A DNA stretch of 62,621 bases from an uncultured Bacteroidales bacterium (GCA_947311115.1 CAMZKE010000007.1:1-62621); one strand, 5' to 3'; numbered from the stretch's first letter, positions 1 through 10,798 are shown. A program made the numbers and translations. Notes: a model not told the origin generated them from the sequence alone.

Positions 1-14
1 AGAAAAAAGCATGA

Positions 15-127
15 ATAATTCCATCTAACTAAATTGGTAAAATTCTGAATATCACCAATATGGTGTTTATTAAAATTTAGTTAGATATTTTTTGCTACTT
101 TTTCTAAAGTCTTGTAATCCGGTTTAA
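15..127. repeat. Left copy of ~113-bp terminal inverted repeat (IS/MITE end-like), with internal hairpin
   Basis: Reverse complement of 62509-62621 with 2 mismatches (positions 36 and 123). Internal arms ATCTAACTAAATT (23-35) / AATTTAGTTAGAT (74-86) and CACCA-ata-TGGTG (53-65). Confidence 0.9.
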
Positions 128-336
128 AGAACGCATTTATAAAGTTAGAACACCAACCTCCGCCTACGATAAATTGCGTAATAAACAAATAATGAAACCT
201 TAAAAAAAAAAACAGTAGATAAAAAACGTAAATTTTACAAAAAAACACAGATATTTTTTTATTTCTAAAACAGCTTTTAAAACCCTATTAGATTTAAATC
301 ATTAGATAAAAAATCATAAAATTAATTTAACCTATT

Positions 337-364
337 TGCAACTATTTTATAAATACACGAGTCT
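337..364 (+). promoter_or_regulatory. Putative ECF-sigma promoter TGCAAC-N18-GTC
   Basis: Resembles the ECF -35 AAC / -10 (C)GTC consensus. The same motif and spacing occur upstream of the T9SS gene starting at 22937. Confidence 0.45.
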
Positions 365-423
365 AAATAGTGAGGCAAAATAAAATAAAAAGTATTTTTT
401 ATTGAAACTTTTACTTTTTTAAT

Positions 424-431
424 TATATTTG
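424..431 (+). promoter_or_regulatory. Bacteroidota housekeeping -7 promoter element
   Basis: TATATTTG matches TAnnTTTG about 45 bp upstream of ATG 475. Confidence 0.5.
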
Positions 432-474
432 TCTTTTAAAATTTAATATTTGTTTAATTTAAAATTATCTGATT

Positions 475-2346
475 ATGAGTAGATTTACATTTACATTAGC
501 TCTTGCAATGACAGCAGTATTTGCTTTCGGACAACGAGCAACAACGCAATTTAATTTTGCAAAAAACAACTCAATTAAAGAGTCTGGTTCTTTTGCACAA
601 AAGAAAAACACAAGTGTGGACAAAAGTATTAACCTTAACATTTTATGGGAGGAAACTTTTGACGCATATAACCATAACAACACGAATGGTGCACCAGACG
701 GATGGGTTATTAACAGCACAGCTACCGACACAATTAACCAGTGGCGTTTATTAGTAGACCATGGTGCTACTTTCCCTGAGATGGGTGATCCATGGGGAGG
801 TGCTCCATCTGATAGAGACGAAGTTCTTATTTCTCCTGAAATTCCTGTAAACGCAACAGTTCCTGCTTTATGGATTGACATTTCAACAAGTTATTATTGG
901 TTTGTTGACCAAAACTCTGATGATGCTATTATTTCTGTATCTACAGATGACTTTGCAACTGAAACAATAGTATGGAAAGAAGACGACCAGACTTTAGTTG
1001 AAGCTTCAGGTATGCCATGGCCATATACAAGTTTCGAACGTTACACTGCAAAAATTGACCTTTCTGCATGGGCAGGACAGAACATTAAAGTCAAATTCCA
1101 CTTAGTATCTATTGGCTCTGCTGATGGTACAAAAGGTGTAAGTTTCTATTTTGACAATATTAAATCTGTTGAAACTCCAGGTAACGACCTTGAAATGAGA
1201 GGTGCTTATGCACACGCATGGTATGAGTATGGTATTTATACTATTATGCCTTGGGACGAGGTAAGAGGTTATAGCGATATGGGAGCAGTTCCTTTCAATG
1301 CTGGTACAGAAGATGCTGTAAACGTTACTTTTACAACTACACTAGATAACGGCGGAAATGCAATTTTACAAAAAGATACTAACTACTTTACAAGTGGTAA
1401 CCAAACTTTGGCTCCTGCAGCTACTGACACGTTTCGTGTAACTGCTCTTGATAACTTTGATATGTTTAGCTTACAAGCTGGTGATTACACCGTAAAGCAA
1501 ACAGTTACTATGGAAGGTGCTGATGACAATCCTAACAATAATACTTACTCTTTCCCTGTAACAATAACTAACGATACAAACGAAAGAATATTAGCTCGTG
1601 AAACACGTGTAAGTACAAGAATTGGTGCTGATATGTTTGGTGGCTCAATTGGTGGAGACGAAATGGGAGTACAATTTGTAACAATGAGAGCAGAGCACGT
1701 TAGCAGCGTTACAGGAACAGTTTACTCTGGTTCTAGCGAAGGTACTACTGTAAGAGCTAAATTATACCACTGGGATTCAGCAACAAGTGCCTGGGTATTA
1801 TTGGAATCTTCAGATGATTATGATATTACTGCAGCTGATTTAGGAAACCAAATTAATCTTCCATTCTTAAATGGTGGTGCAGATTTAGATTCTTTAAATA
1901 ACTACATGGTAACTATTGCTACATGGTGGGTTGAAGGTTCAACAAATATAGAATTTTTAGCTTACGATGCATACCAAAATGAAGACATGTATAAATCAGA
2001 TGCATTATACATACAAAACGATGCAACATGGTATTACACCGGTAGTGGATACCCAGTTTTATTAATTCATTTTGATGCAAATACAGTAACAAACACAAAT
2101 AATGTTTCAGTAAATAACAATGTTAATGTTTACCCTAACCCTTCAACAGGTTTATTAAATATTAACAACTTAGTTGAAAATTCTACAATTAGAGTTTACA
2201 ATATGTTAGGTGCTGAGGTTGCAACTGTAAATAATGCTTCTGAATTTAATACTATTGATTTATCTTCTCAAGCTGAAGGTACATACTTAGTAAAAATATT
2301 TAGTAACAATAATGTAATTGTTAAAAAAGTTAACTTAGTAAAATAA
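475..2346 (+). CDS. Secreted protein with T9SS type A C-terminal sorting domain
   Basis: Signal peptide, beta-rich adhesin-like domains (IDLSAWAGQNIKVKFH, FYFDNIK), CTD with VYPNPSTG...GTYLVKI...KKVNLVK. Confidence 0.9.
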   Translation: MSRFTFTLALAMTAVFAFGQRATTQFNFAKNNSIKESGSFAQKKNTSVDKSINLNILWEETFDAYNHNNTNGAPDGWVINSTATDTINQWRLLVDHGATFPEMGDPWGGAPSDRDEVLISPEIPVNATVPALWIDISTSYYWFVDQNSDDAIISVSTDDFATETIVWKEDDQTLVEASGMPWPYTSFERYTAKIDLSAWAGQNIKVKFHLVSIGSADGTKGVSFYFDNIKSVETPGNDLEMRGAYAHAWYEYGIYTIMPWDEVRGYSDMGAVPFNAGTEDAVNVTFTTTLDNGGNAILQKDTNYFTSGNQTLAPAATDTFRVTALDNFDMFSLQAGDYTVKQTVTMEGADDNPNNNTYSFPVTITNDTNERILARETRVSTRIGADMFGGSIGGDEMGVQFVTMRAEHVSSVTGTVYSGSSEGTTVRAKLYHWDSATSAWVLLESSDDYDITAADLGNQINLPFLNGGADLDSLNNYMVTIATWWVEGSTNIEFLAYDAYQNEDMYKSDALYIQNDATWYYTGSGYPVLLIHFDANTVTNTNNVSVNNNVNVYPNPSTGLLNINNLVENSTIRVYNMLGAEVATVNNASEFNTIDLSSQAEGTYLVKIFSNNNVIVKKVNLVK

Positions 2347-2368
2347 GTTTTAAACTTGTAAATTATAT

Positions 2369-2395
2369 AAAACCCTGCCTTTGGTGGGGTTTTTT
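2369..2395 (+). terminator. Rho-independent terminator
   Basis: AAAACCCTGCC-ttt-GGTGGGGTTTT hairpin with T-tract after stop 2346. Confidence 0.8.
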
Positions 2396-2488
2396 ATTTT
2401 ATTAACTTTTAAAATTCTATTATACAAAAATTTTAGATTTACTTTATAACTTTGTAACTTTAAAATTTTGTAACTTTAAAACTTACTA

Positions 2489-3214
2489 ATGAAACTTCAC
2501 ACCAAAAACATTGTAAAAAAATACGGTTCAAGAACTGTAGTAAAAGGAGTATCTGTTGAGGTTAATAGAGGAGAAATTGTTGGATTACTTGGACCAAATG
2601 GTGCAGGAAAAACTACTTCATTTTATATGATAGTAGGTTTAATTAAACCCAATAGCGGCAAAGTATTTTTAGACGATAAGGATATAACAAAGCTACCTAT
2701 GTATAAAAGAGCAAGGCTCGGCATAGGATATTTAGCACAAGAAGCTTCTGTTTTCAGAAAATTAAGTGTAGAGGATAATATAAAAGCTGTTCTTGAAATG
2801 TCGAAGTTTTCTAAAACTGAACAAAAAGAAAAACTTGAAAGTTTGCTCGACGAGTTTGGATTACAAAAAATACGCAAAAGTTTAGGTATTCAATTATCAG
2901 GCGGCGAAAGAAGGCGATGCGAAATAGCACGTGCTCTTTCAATAGACCCCGCATTTATTCTATTAGACGAACCTTTTGCCGGTGTTGATCCAATTGCTGT
3001 TGAGGATATACAAGAAATTGTATCAAAATTGAAGAAAAAAAATATTGGTATATTAATTACAGACCATAACGTACACGAAACCTTAAATATAACAGACAGA
3101 GCTTATCTCCTATTTGAAGGAGACATATTAAAAGCCGGAACAGCTCAAGAACTTGCTGCAGATGAACAAGTACGAAAGGTATATTTAGGTAAAAACTTCG
3201 AACTTCGAAAATAA
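2489..3214 (+). CDS. lptB: LPS export ABC transporter ATP-binding protein
   Basis: [52 protein letters not shown] motifs. Confidence 0.95.
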   Translation: MKLHTKNIVKKYGSRTVVKGVSVEVNRGEIVGLLGPNGAGKTTSFYMIVGLIKPNSGKVFLDDKDITKLPMYKRARLGIGYLAQEASVFRKLSVEDNIKAVLEMSKFSKTEQKEKLESLLDEFGLQKIRKSLGIQLSGGERRRCEIARALSIDPAFILLDEPFAGVDPIAVEDIQEIVSKLKKKNIGILITDHNVHETLNITDRAYLLFEGDILKAGTAQELAADEQVRKVYLGKNFELRK

Positions 3215-3564
3215 TGAATATTGAACAACTTAGAATATTTTGTTTATCAAAAAAAGGAGTTACTGAGAGTTTTCCTTTTGATGAAACTACTTTAGTTTTT
3301 AAAGTAGGAAACAAAATGTTTGCATTAATGAATATTGACGAAAACACAAAAGTTGCAGTTAAATGCAATCCTGAACTAGCAATAGAATTACGAGAAAAAT
3401 ATGATTTTATTACCGGAGCCTACCACATGAATAAAAAACACTGGAATTCAATAAATATTAATTTTGCTGAAGATTCATTTATTAAACAACAAATAAACAA
3501 CTCTTACGAATTAGTTTTTAACTCGCTAGCAAAAAATAAAAAAAACGAAATTAACGCTGAATAA
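3214..3564 (+). CDS. MmcQ/YjbR family DNA-binding protein
   Basis: ESFPFDETTLVFKVGNKMFAL and GAYHMNKKHWNS motifs. Confidence 0.9.
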   Translation: MNIEQLRIFCLSKKGVTESFPFDETTLVFKVGNKMFALMNIDENTKVAVKCNPELAIELREKYDFITGAYHMNKKHWNSININFAEDSFIKQQINNSYELVFNSLAKNKKNEINAE

Positions 3565-4139
3565 TGCATAATAAAATAATAAATAAATTTATAAACTATT
3601 TTCTTCAGGGACTGCTATATGTTGCCCCTCTTGGTTTAACTTTATGGATAATATATGAAGTTTTTATAAAAATAGATAGCCTTTTTAATTGGATTATACC
3701 AAATGTACATATTCCGGGATTGGGAATTGTAGTTGTAATAACAATAATCGCATTTTTGGGTTATGTAGGTAAGTTTTTCATAACTATGCCATTATCCAAC
3801 ATTTTTCATAAAATGCTAAAACGAACACCCTTTATTAAACTAATTTACACATCAATAAAAGATTTATTAAAAGCATTTGTAGGTAAAGAAAAAAAGTTTA
3901 CAGAACCCGTTTTAGTTAAAGTTAATAATATAAGTAATTTAGAAAAAGTTGGATTTATTACAAATAAAGATTTAAAAGATATAGGTGTAACAGAAGGTAA
4001 AGTAGCAGTATATTTCCCTCACTCTTATGCTTTTTCCGGCGAACTATATATTGTACCAAAAGAAGATGTAAAACCTATAGATAAACCATCATCGGAAATT
4101 ATGAAATTTATTGTTTCAGGAGGAGTCTCAAAAAATTAA
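3564..4139 (+). CDS. DUF502 family membrane protein
   Basis: FLQGLL..APL.LT, two TM helices, P..K.IY.SIKD, AVYFP, MKFIVSGGV. Confidence 0.85.
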   Translation: MHNKIINKFINYFLQGLLYVAPLGLTLWIIYEVFIKIDSLFNWIIPNVHIPGLGIVVVITIIAFLGYVGKFFITMPLSNIFHKMLKRTPFIKLIYTSIKDLLKAFVGKEKKFTEPVLVKVNNISNLEKVGFITNKDLKDIGVTEGKVAVYFPHSYAFSGELYIVPKEDVKPIDKPSSEIMKFIVSGGVSKN

Positions 4140-4743
4140 CACATTGTTAAAGTCAAGTTACACAAAAGATAAAATTGAAGCCGGTTGCGACGAAGCCGGT
4201 AGAGGCTGTATGAGTGGTCCTGTTTTTGCAGCTGCTGTGATACTTCCTAAAAAATTTAAAAATGAGTTGCTAAACGACTCTAAAAAGCTATCAAAAAAAA
4301 ATCGGTATTTACTTCGTGAAATAATAGAAAAAGAAGCTGTCGCATTTGCTGTTTATAAAACAAACTGCCAAATAATAGATAAAATCAACATTCTCAATGC
4401 TTCAATTTTAAGCATGCAGAATGCTGTTAAAGAACTAGCGATTAAACCTGAACTTTTGCTAATTGATGGTAACCGCTTTAAACCATTTGATGACTACAAA
4501 TATGAATGTATTATAAAAGGGGACAGTATTTATAGCTCAATTGCCGCAGCATCAATTTTAGCAAAAACATACCGAGACGACTATATGCTGGAATTACATA
4601 AAGAATTCCCCAACTACAAGTGGAATAATAACAAAGGTTATGGTACTAAAGAACACAAAGAAGCTATGCTAAAATACGGTTTAACAAAATACCATAGAAA
4701 GACTTTTAATTTTAAATCGCAACAACTTTCATTAGATTTTTAA
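4111..4743 (+). CDS. rnhB: Ribonuclease HII (true start probably TTG at 4144)
   Basis: AGCDEAGRG..GPV.AAAV, LNDSKKL, LIDGN, KGD, SIAAASILAK..RD, NKGYGT, HRKTF. Confidence 0.95.
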   Translation: MFQEESQKINTLLKSSYTKDKIEAGCDEAGRGCMSGPVFAAAVILPKKFKNELLNDSKKLSKKNRYLLREIIEKEAVAFAVYKTNCQIIDKINILNASILSMQNAVKELAIKPELLLIDGNRFKPFDDYKYECIIKGDSIYSSIAAASILAKTYRDDYMLELHKEFPNYKWNNNKGYGTKEHKEAMLKYGLTKYHRKTFNFKSQQLSLDF

Positions 4744-4831
4744 TAAAATGGTATGTTTTTTGTCATATTATAAAAATAGACTTGTGAAGTTTAATATATT
4801 TAATTAATTTTACGAACAAATATTTTTAGAA

Positions 4832-5506
4832 ATGGAACTTAAAAAATCGGAAAGAGCAGACCTAGAAAAAAAGAAATTAATTTTCTTATCGACAGGACTT
4901 GTAATAGCCTTATCAGTAGTACTTTTAGCTTTCGAATGGACTCCAAGCGAAAAATCTGATGATGGCATTGTAATTGAAGAAGGCTTAGCAGCTGAAGATG
5001 ATATAATTCCGATTACAAGACAAGAGGTTAAACCACCACCACCTCCTCCTCCTCAAGTTACTGAAGTACTTCAAATTGTAGAAGACGATGAGGAAATTGA
5101 AGATGAAATTGAGATAGAAGATTCTGAAGCTGATGAAGAAACTGAAGTTGAAGTAGTTGAAGTTGAAGAAGAGGAAGAGACAGATGAAGTATTTCAATTT
5201 GCCGTAATAGAAGATAAACCTGAGTTCCCAGGTGGAATGACTGAGTTATTAAAGTATTTAGCAAAGAACACTAAATATCCTGAAATTGCAAAAGAAAATG
5301 GCATATCCGGTCGTGTTTACGTTCAATTTGTTATTGGAAAGTCAGGTAAGGTTAGTGATGTAAAAATAATGAGAGGAAGAGATCCATACTTAGATAAAGA
5401 AGCAGTTAGAGTTGTGAAAACGCTTCCTAAATGGAAACCGGGAAAACAAAGAGGTAAAGCTGTAAAAGTATCCTATGTAGTTCCTATCAACTTTAAATTA
5501 CAATAA
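4832..5506 (+). CDS. tonB: Energy transducer TonB
   Basis: N-terminal TM anchor, poly-Pro and acidic linker, PEFPGG..YP..A...GISGRVYVQFVI..WKPGKQRG TonB_C domain. Confidence 0.9.
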   Translation: MELKKSERADLEKKKLIFLSTGLVIALSVVLLAFEWTPSEKSDDGIVIEEGLAAEDDIIPITRQEVKPPPPPPPQVTEVLQIVEDDEEIEDEIEIEDSEADEETEVEVVEVEEEEETDEVFQFAVIEDKPEFPGGMTELLKYLAKNTKYPEIAKENGISGRVYVQFVIGKSGKVSDVKIMRGRDPYLDKEAVRVVKTLPKWKPGKQRGKAVKVSYVVPINFKLQ

Positions 5507-5511
5507 TATAT

Positions 5512-5540
5512 AAAAAAGACAGTTTAGGCTGTCTTTTTTT
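5512..5540 (+). terminator. Rho-independent terminator
   Basis: AAAAAAGACAGT-tta-GGCTGTCTTTTTTT hairpin after tonB. Confidence 0.8.
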
Positions 5541-5554
5541 AATTAGAATAGTTT

Positions 5555-6289
5555 ATGATTTCTAATAGTCAAATAATATGGTTAGAAAAAACTGATTCGA
5601 CAAATAAATTTATAAAAACACTTATTAGTAATAGCGCTATTAAAAATGGAACAATAATAGCTGCCAAAGAACAAACTAACGGGAAAGGACAACAAAATAA
5701 TATTTGGCATACTCAACCAAATCTTAATTTAACTTTTAGTTTGTATTTAGATATTAGGATTAAAGCTATTCATCAATTTTATATTTCTAAAATAATCGCA
5801 TTAAGCATATATGAATTTATCAGCACAAAAGTTAGCAAGGTAACTATTAAATGGCCAAACGATATTTATATTGACAATAATAAAGTTGCCGGAATTTTAA
5901 TAGAAAATACTATTCAAGGAGAGAATATAACAAAATCAATAATTGGCATAGGAATAAATATAAATCAAATAAACTTCGACAAATCGATACCTAACCCTAT
6001 TTCATTAAAAGAAATAACAGGCAAAACCTACAATTTAAATAATACTTTAGTTGAGATTAACAGTATAATAATGCAAAAATTTCAGCTATTAAACAATTTT
6101 AATACTATTGACAACCTGTACAACCAACTATTATATAAACTAAATACAAAATCTAACTTTACAGATATTAATAATAAAAATAATTTTACCGGTAAAATTA
6201 TTGGTACTGAACAAGATGGAAGAATAAAAATAAAAACCCAAAACTTAATAAAAAGATTTGGGTTTCATGAGATTAAATATATTTTATAA
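5555..6289 (+). CDS. birA: Biotin-[acetyl-CoA-carboxylase] ligase (no HTH domain)
   Basis: DSTN, QTNGKGQ..N.W, IKWPNDIY, KVAGILIEN, IGIGININQ. Confidence 0.9.
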   Translation: MISNSQIIWLEKTDSTNKFIKTLISNSAIKNGTIIAAKEQTNGKGQQNNIWHTQPNLNLTFSLYLDIRIKAIHQFYISKIIALSIYEFISTKVSKVTIKWPNDIYIDNNKVAGILIENTIQGENITKSIIGIGININQINFDKSIPNPISLKEITGKTYNLNNTLVEINSIIMQKFQLLNNFNTIDNLYNQLLYKLNTKSNFTDINNKNNFTGKIIGTEQDGRIKIKTQNLIKRFGFHEIKYIL

Positions 6290-6290
6290 A

Positions 6291-8300
6291 TTATTTTATT
6301 TTATAAGCATCAGGAACATCAGGTAATAAAACCTTAAGTTTACCCAACTCATCTCTAATAATTTTAAATTGAACCCTTCTGTTGTATTTTCTCGATTGAG
6401 GATTAAGGTCTATAGATACAGGATATTTTTCGCCATAACCCACAACTTTTAATTTACTTACATCAACAGATTTAGATACTAAATAATCCTTAACAAAATT
6501 TGCACGTTTTTTTGTTAACATCATATTATAAGCCTCATCTCCTTGTGCATCAGCATAGCCTGCAATTTCAATTAATATATTATTTGAGTTATTTAAATAA
6601 ACTGCTAATTCATCTAATTCATCTTTATATCTTTCAGGAATTGTTTTATTAAAGCCAAACAAAATAGCAGGAGCCGTAGTTTCAACAACATTTTCTTTAT
6701 TTGAACCAGCACCATTTACACTATTATTTTTATCAGCAACATCAGTATTAGCATGCTTTAATTTCACATCGCTTAAATCTAATTCTGCTAAGCAATAAAC
6801 CTTTGGTATATCAAAACTTTTTTCTGCTGCATCCATATCGTCAGCAGTAAAAGTTACTTTTATATTATCTGATGGTACTGTTAACGAAACATTTCCTTTC
6901 TTATCAGATTTTACTTCCTTTAAAGTTTTACCATTTGCTGTAACGGCAACATTTAGCTCTTTCCCTTTATTATCTAATTTACCTGTTAGTAATACAGATG
7001 GTGTTTCTTGAGGATAGAATGTAATTTCATAAATATCTAAATCGCCAAAGCCATCTTCTGATGCTAGAGAAATTAATGCTTTTCCTTTTTCTGATGTTGG
7101 ATATAAAAACTTATCCTCATCTGTTGTATTCAGAGGATAACCAAAATTTAGAGGAGTTGACCATACAGAGTCGTTTTCAAATTTAGACATAAACAAATCG
7201 TTTTGCCCCATATTATAGTAGTGCCCTTGCGAACTAAAATATAATGTTTTGTTATCATCTAAAATAAAAGGAGCTACCTCATCAAATTTTGTATTAATCT
7301 TATCTCCTAAATTTACAGCTTTTCCCCAGCCTCCATTGTCTTGTCTTTCCGACTTATATATATCTAAACCGCCAAAACCACCTTTACGATTACTTGTAAA
7401 ATACAATGTTTTGCCATCTTTAGAAGGACAAGCATGACGTTCTAAATCAGATGTATTAATGTTTTTATTTAGCTTTTTAATTTTCGACCAATTTGTTCCA
7501 TCAAAAGTACTAACATAAATATCGCCTTTTCCTTCATCATCACCTTCTTTAAACAAATACAATTCATTTCCATCGTACGAAATACCAACAGAACGAACAC
7601 TACCTTCAACTTTAGCATCAATATTAAAATTTCTTGGAATTGCAAATTCGCCATTTACTTTTTTTGAATAAAAAACAGCTTCATAAAACCGCATATCGCT
7701 TGTATATACCAATGTATTGCCATCGCCTGAGATAACGGCATTGTAATTAGCAAATTTATTATTTATATTTTTACCTAAGTTTTTCAATTCGTATTTTATT
7801 GATAACCCCTCTAAAGTTTTCGCACTTTCACAAGTTTCAATTTTTCTATTTACAATATTAAGATAATACTTATCGGTTGTTCCTGTTGTTTCCTTATAAT
7901 CATTATAAGTCTTAATAGCTTTGTCCAGCTCGTTATTTATAGCATACGCATCAGCTAAATAAATATATGCATCTTCATGAGCTTTCGATTCTGTTATTTC
8001 CCCCTCCTTATAATCATTTGTTACAGACTGAACAGCTTTTTCTAAATACCTAATCGCTTTTATTTTTTCAGAATTTTTATGATACCCTTTAAGGTAACAA
8101 ACGCCAATTCTATAATCAATATTAGCATTTTCTGTTCCCGATTTTACTATATTATTATATATAGTTAACGCCTCTTTATAATCTTTTTCATAAAAAAAAG
8201 TTTCAGCATCCCAAAACATTGCTTTCACATCAACAGGGTCGTTATCTGCAAAAATTGCTAACGATATAACAATTAATATTACGCTTATTAAGTTTTTCAT
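6291..8300 (-). CDS. TPR-PD40-OmpA domain protein (PorE-like architecture)
   Basis: Signal peptide, TPRs, PD40 repeats (LYFTSNRKGGFGGLDIY), C-terminal OmpA domain (GYADAQG..YN..L..KRA, NRRVQF). Confidence 0.85.
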   Translation of the reverse strand: MKNLISVILIVISLAIFADNDPVDVKAMFWDAETFFYEKDYKEALTIYNNIVKSGTENANIDYRIGVCYLKGYHKNSEKIKAIRYLEKAVQSVTNDYKEGEITESKAHEDAYIYLADAYAINNELDKAIKTYNDYKETTGTTDKYYLNIVNRKIETCESAKTLEGLSIKYELKNLGKNINNKFANYNAVISGDGNTLVYTSDMRFYEAVFYSKKVNGEFAIPRNFNIDAKVEGSVRSVGISYDGNELYLFKEGDDEGKGDIYVSTFDGTNWSKIKKLNKNINTSDLERHACPSKDGKTLYFTSNRKGGFGGLDIYKSERQDNGGWGKAVNLGDKINTKFDEVAPFILDDNKTLYFSSQGHYYNMGQNDLFMSKFENDSVWSTPLNFGYPLNTTDEDKFLYPTSEKGKALISLASEDGFGDLDIYEITFYPQETPSVLLTGKLDNKGKELNVAVTANGKTLKEVKSDKKGNVSLTVPSDNIKVTFTADDMDAAEKSFDIPKVYCLAELDLSDVKLKHANTDVADKNNSVNGAGSNKENVVETTAPAILFGFNKTIPERYKDELDELAVYLNNSNNILIEIAGYADAQGDEAYNMMLTKKRANFVKDYLVSKSVDVSKLKVVGYGEKYPVSIDLNPQSRKYNRRVQFKIIRDELGKLKVLLPDVPDAYKIK

Positions 8301-8303
8301 AAT

Positions 8304-10706
8304 TTATAATTTATATTTTTCTGGAATTTCAGGTGTTTCAACTTTTATTTTTTCGCCACCTGTTTCAATAATTTTAAATTCTACTCTACGATTAAATTTC
8401 CTACTTTCAGGGTTTAGATTTTTACTAATTTGATTAGCCATACCTTTGTAATCTGAAACAATTTGAGTTTCGTTTACACCTTTATTAAGTAAATATTGTT
8501 TTACAAAATTGGCTCTTTTTTTAGATAATATCAAATTATATTCTGCATCGCCCTGTGCATCGGTATAACCAATAAGTTTAATTTTAATATTTTTATTCTT
8601 AGATAAATAGGAAGCAACTATATTAAGATTGTTATTATATTCATTTGTTTCATATTTATCGAAGCCAAATAAAACATATTTTAGCACTAAAGAGCCACCA
8701 ACCGGTGTTACTCCTACAGGAATTTTATTATCACTAATTGGTGCATCAGAATTTTTAACTATAAAATTAACTATATTAGCACATTGCGGTACATCTTTTA
8801 TATCAAGTACATTAGTATTAGGTGCAATACTTTTAATTTTTTTAATTAACGCATTTTTTCTTGCATTATAACTCACATCACTACCATTAGAATTATCAGA
8901 AATAGCTACATAAAATTTAGGATGTTTTTTAACAAAGCTAGTTATTGAATCTATTCTTGTATTTATATTCTGCGTAATAGTATTACTTGATTTACCAAAC
9001 TCAGCAAAAAAAGTTTCTTTTTCTCCTGTAAATATTACAGGCTTTAAAACTATTGCTTTTTTAATTTTATTGTACGAATCATCGGTAGAAACATCTACTA
9101 TTTCGCTATAAGACAAATCGTTGTCTGCCTCAATATTTACCTTGTATTTTTTTCCGGATTTTAAGATAAACAAGAACTTACCAGTTGTTGCGTTTGGTGT
9201 GTACATACCAACTTCTTCGTCAGTATTTACATCTGTTACTGTTATAAAAACGCCTTCAGGAGCTTTGCCGTTACACATAAGAATTTGCCCTGAATAAACA
9301 GTAAGTGGCTTTTCCTTAACATCTTTTAATGAAATCATATATATATCAGATCCACCAAAACCATCTTTATTAAACGATGAGTAATATGCTCTTTGACCAT
9401 CAGGAGTTGGTACATAAAACACATCGTCGCCAGTAGTATTTATAGGGTAACCCATATTAATTGTTTCAGTCCATTTTCCATCTTCAAGGGTATTGAAGAA
9501 AATATCGTAACCGCCCATAGAACCTTTTCCTTTTGAGCTATAAAAAAGTGTTACACCATCAGCATGTATATACGGACTTTCTTCGTCGTACTCGGTATTA
9601 ATTTTAGGACCTAAGTTTTGAGCTAAGCCCCATTTACCATTAGGTAATTTTTTAGACATGTAAATATCTTTGCCACCATAGCCACCGGGCCTATCGCTTG
9701 TAAAATATAAAACATCTTGTTCAGGCGAAATAGATGCATGAGTTTCTTGATATTTTGAATTTATTACTTCCGATAATGGTTTCGGTTCTGTCCACTTCTC
9801 GTTTTCAAGTTTAGACTCGTATATATCACCATTATTACTTTTATCAGAATATAAATATAATGTTTGTCCATCTACAGATAAAGAAATTGTTGCCAAGTTC
9901 TGATTTTCGATATTAAACACAGGCATTCCTAAAGCCCAATTACCAAGTTTTTTTATGTTTGCACTTTTATTTTGTTCTACCTCTTCGGCTTTTGCCCAAT
10001 TATCATCTGTATTTTTACTTTGATATACATTTTCATAATATTGTCCGTCAGCATGTTCTTGCGTATTTCCTTTTATTTTCCTTTTAGATGTGAATAACAA
10101 AACACTTTCATCGGCAGAAATTACAGGGCTATGTTCGTCGTATTTCGAATTTATATTCTCTCCCAAATTGCTTATCCCCATTTTAATAGGATATTCTATT
10201 AACCTAAGACCTGTATTACATTCATCAATCCGTTTATCTACTTTTTTAATTAGCTCTTTATCTTGCTTTGTTAAATACGATTTAAATTTATTATAATTAA
10301 AAATTGCTTGTTCAAAATTATAATTATAATGTAATGCCTCACCTAAATAATAATAAGCATCGATTGGAGCTTTTGTTTCTTTAGAATCTTCGTATTTATA
10401 ATCTTCAGAAACATTTTTTATTGATTTTTCTAAAAATTTTAAGGATTTAGATTTATCAAATTTATCATTCAAATAACAAAAACCAATCTTAAAATTTAAG
10501 TTAGCATTATCTTCTCGCCCTACCAATAATTGTTTATATAAATCAATTGCTTCAATGTAACTTTCGTTGGCGAGTAGTTGCTCTGCCTCAAAAAACACAT
10601 TCTTATACTTAAATTGCGATAATGTATCTTGCCCTTTGACACCCATCATTATCGCTAATAGAAATAACATAATTACTATACGCATGCTGTTCGTTTTTCC
10701 AATCAA
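8304..10706 (-). CDS. TPR-PD40-OmpA domain protein (paralog; probable start ATG 10685)
   Basis: Same architecture: YFTSDRPGGYGGKDIY, GYTDAQGDAEYNLILSKKRA, NRRVEF. Confidence 0.85.
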   Translation of the reverse strand: MIGKTNSMRIVIMLFLLAIMMGVKGQDTLSQFKYKNVFFEAEQLLANESYIEAIDLYKQLLVGREDNANLNFKIGFCYLNDKFDKSKSLKFLEKSIKNVSEDYKYEDSKETKAPIDAYYYLGEALHYNYNFEQAIFNYNKFKSYLTKQDKELIKKVDKRIDECNTGLRLIEYPIKMGISNLGENINSKYDEHSPVISADESVLLFTSKRKIKGNTQEHADGQYYENVYQSKNTDDNWAKAEEVEQNKSANIKKLGNWALGMPVFNIENQNLATISLSVDGQTLYLYSDKSNNGDIYESKLENEKWTEPKPLSEVINSKYQETHASISPEQDVLYFTSDRPGGYGGKDIYMSKKLPNGKWGLAQNLGPKINTEYDEESPYIHADGVTLFYSSKGKGSMGGYDIFFNTLEDGKWTETINMGYPINTTGDDVFYVPTPDGQRAYYSSFNKDGFGGSDIYMISLKDVKEKPLTVYSGQILMCNGKAPEGVFITVTDVNTDEEVGMYTPNATTGKFLFILKSGKKYKVNIEADNDLSYSEIVDVSTDDSYNKIKKAIVLKPVIFTGEKETFFAEFGKSSNTITQNINTRIDSITSFVKKHPKFYVAISDNSNGSDVSYNARKNALIKKIKSIAPNTNVLDIKDVPQCANIVNFIVKNSDAPISDNKIPVGVTPVGGSLVLKYVLFGFDKYETNEYNNNLNIVASYLSKNKNIKIKLIGYTDAQGDAEYNLILSKKRANFVKQYLLNKGVNETQIVSDYKGMANQISKNLNPESRKFNRRVEFKIIETGGEKIKVETPEIPEKYKL

Positions 10707-10798
10707 TTTTATACTATCTTAACTTGCTATTAATGAACCTGCAATATATAAAATATCTGATAAAAAATTTTAATATTCCCACTAAAAAAAAAATTAAT

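Noticed and set aside
465-881. Short antisense or overlapping ORFs throughout the track (e.g. 465-881, 2623-2877, 39348-39737, 43238-43615, 50214-50591)
   Set aside because: They lie inside well-supported genes and have no motifs; treated as shadow ORFs.
5032-5190. CCA/CCT and GAA trinucleotide-like repeats
   Set aside because: They encode the normal Pro-rich and acidic linker of TonB.
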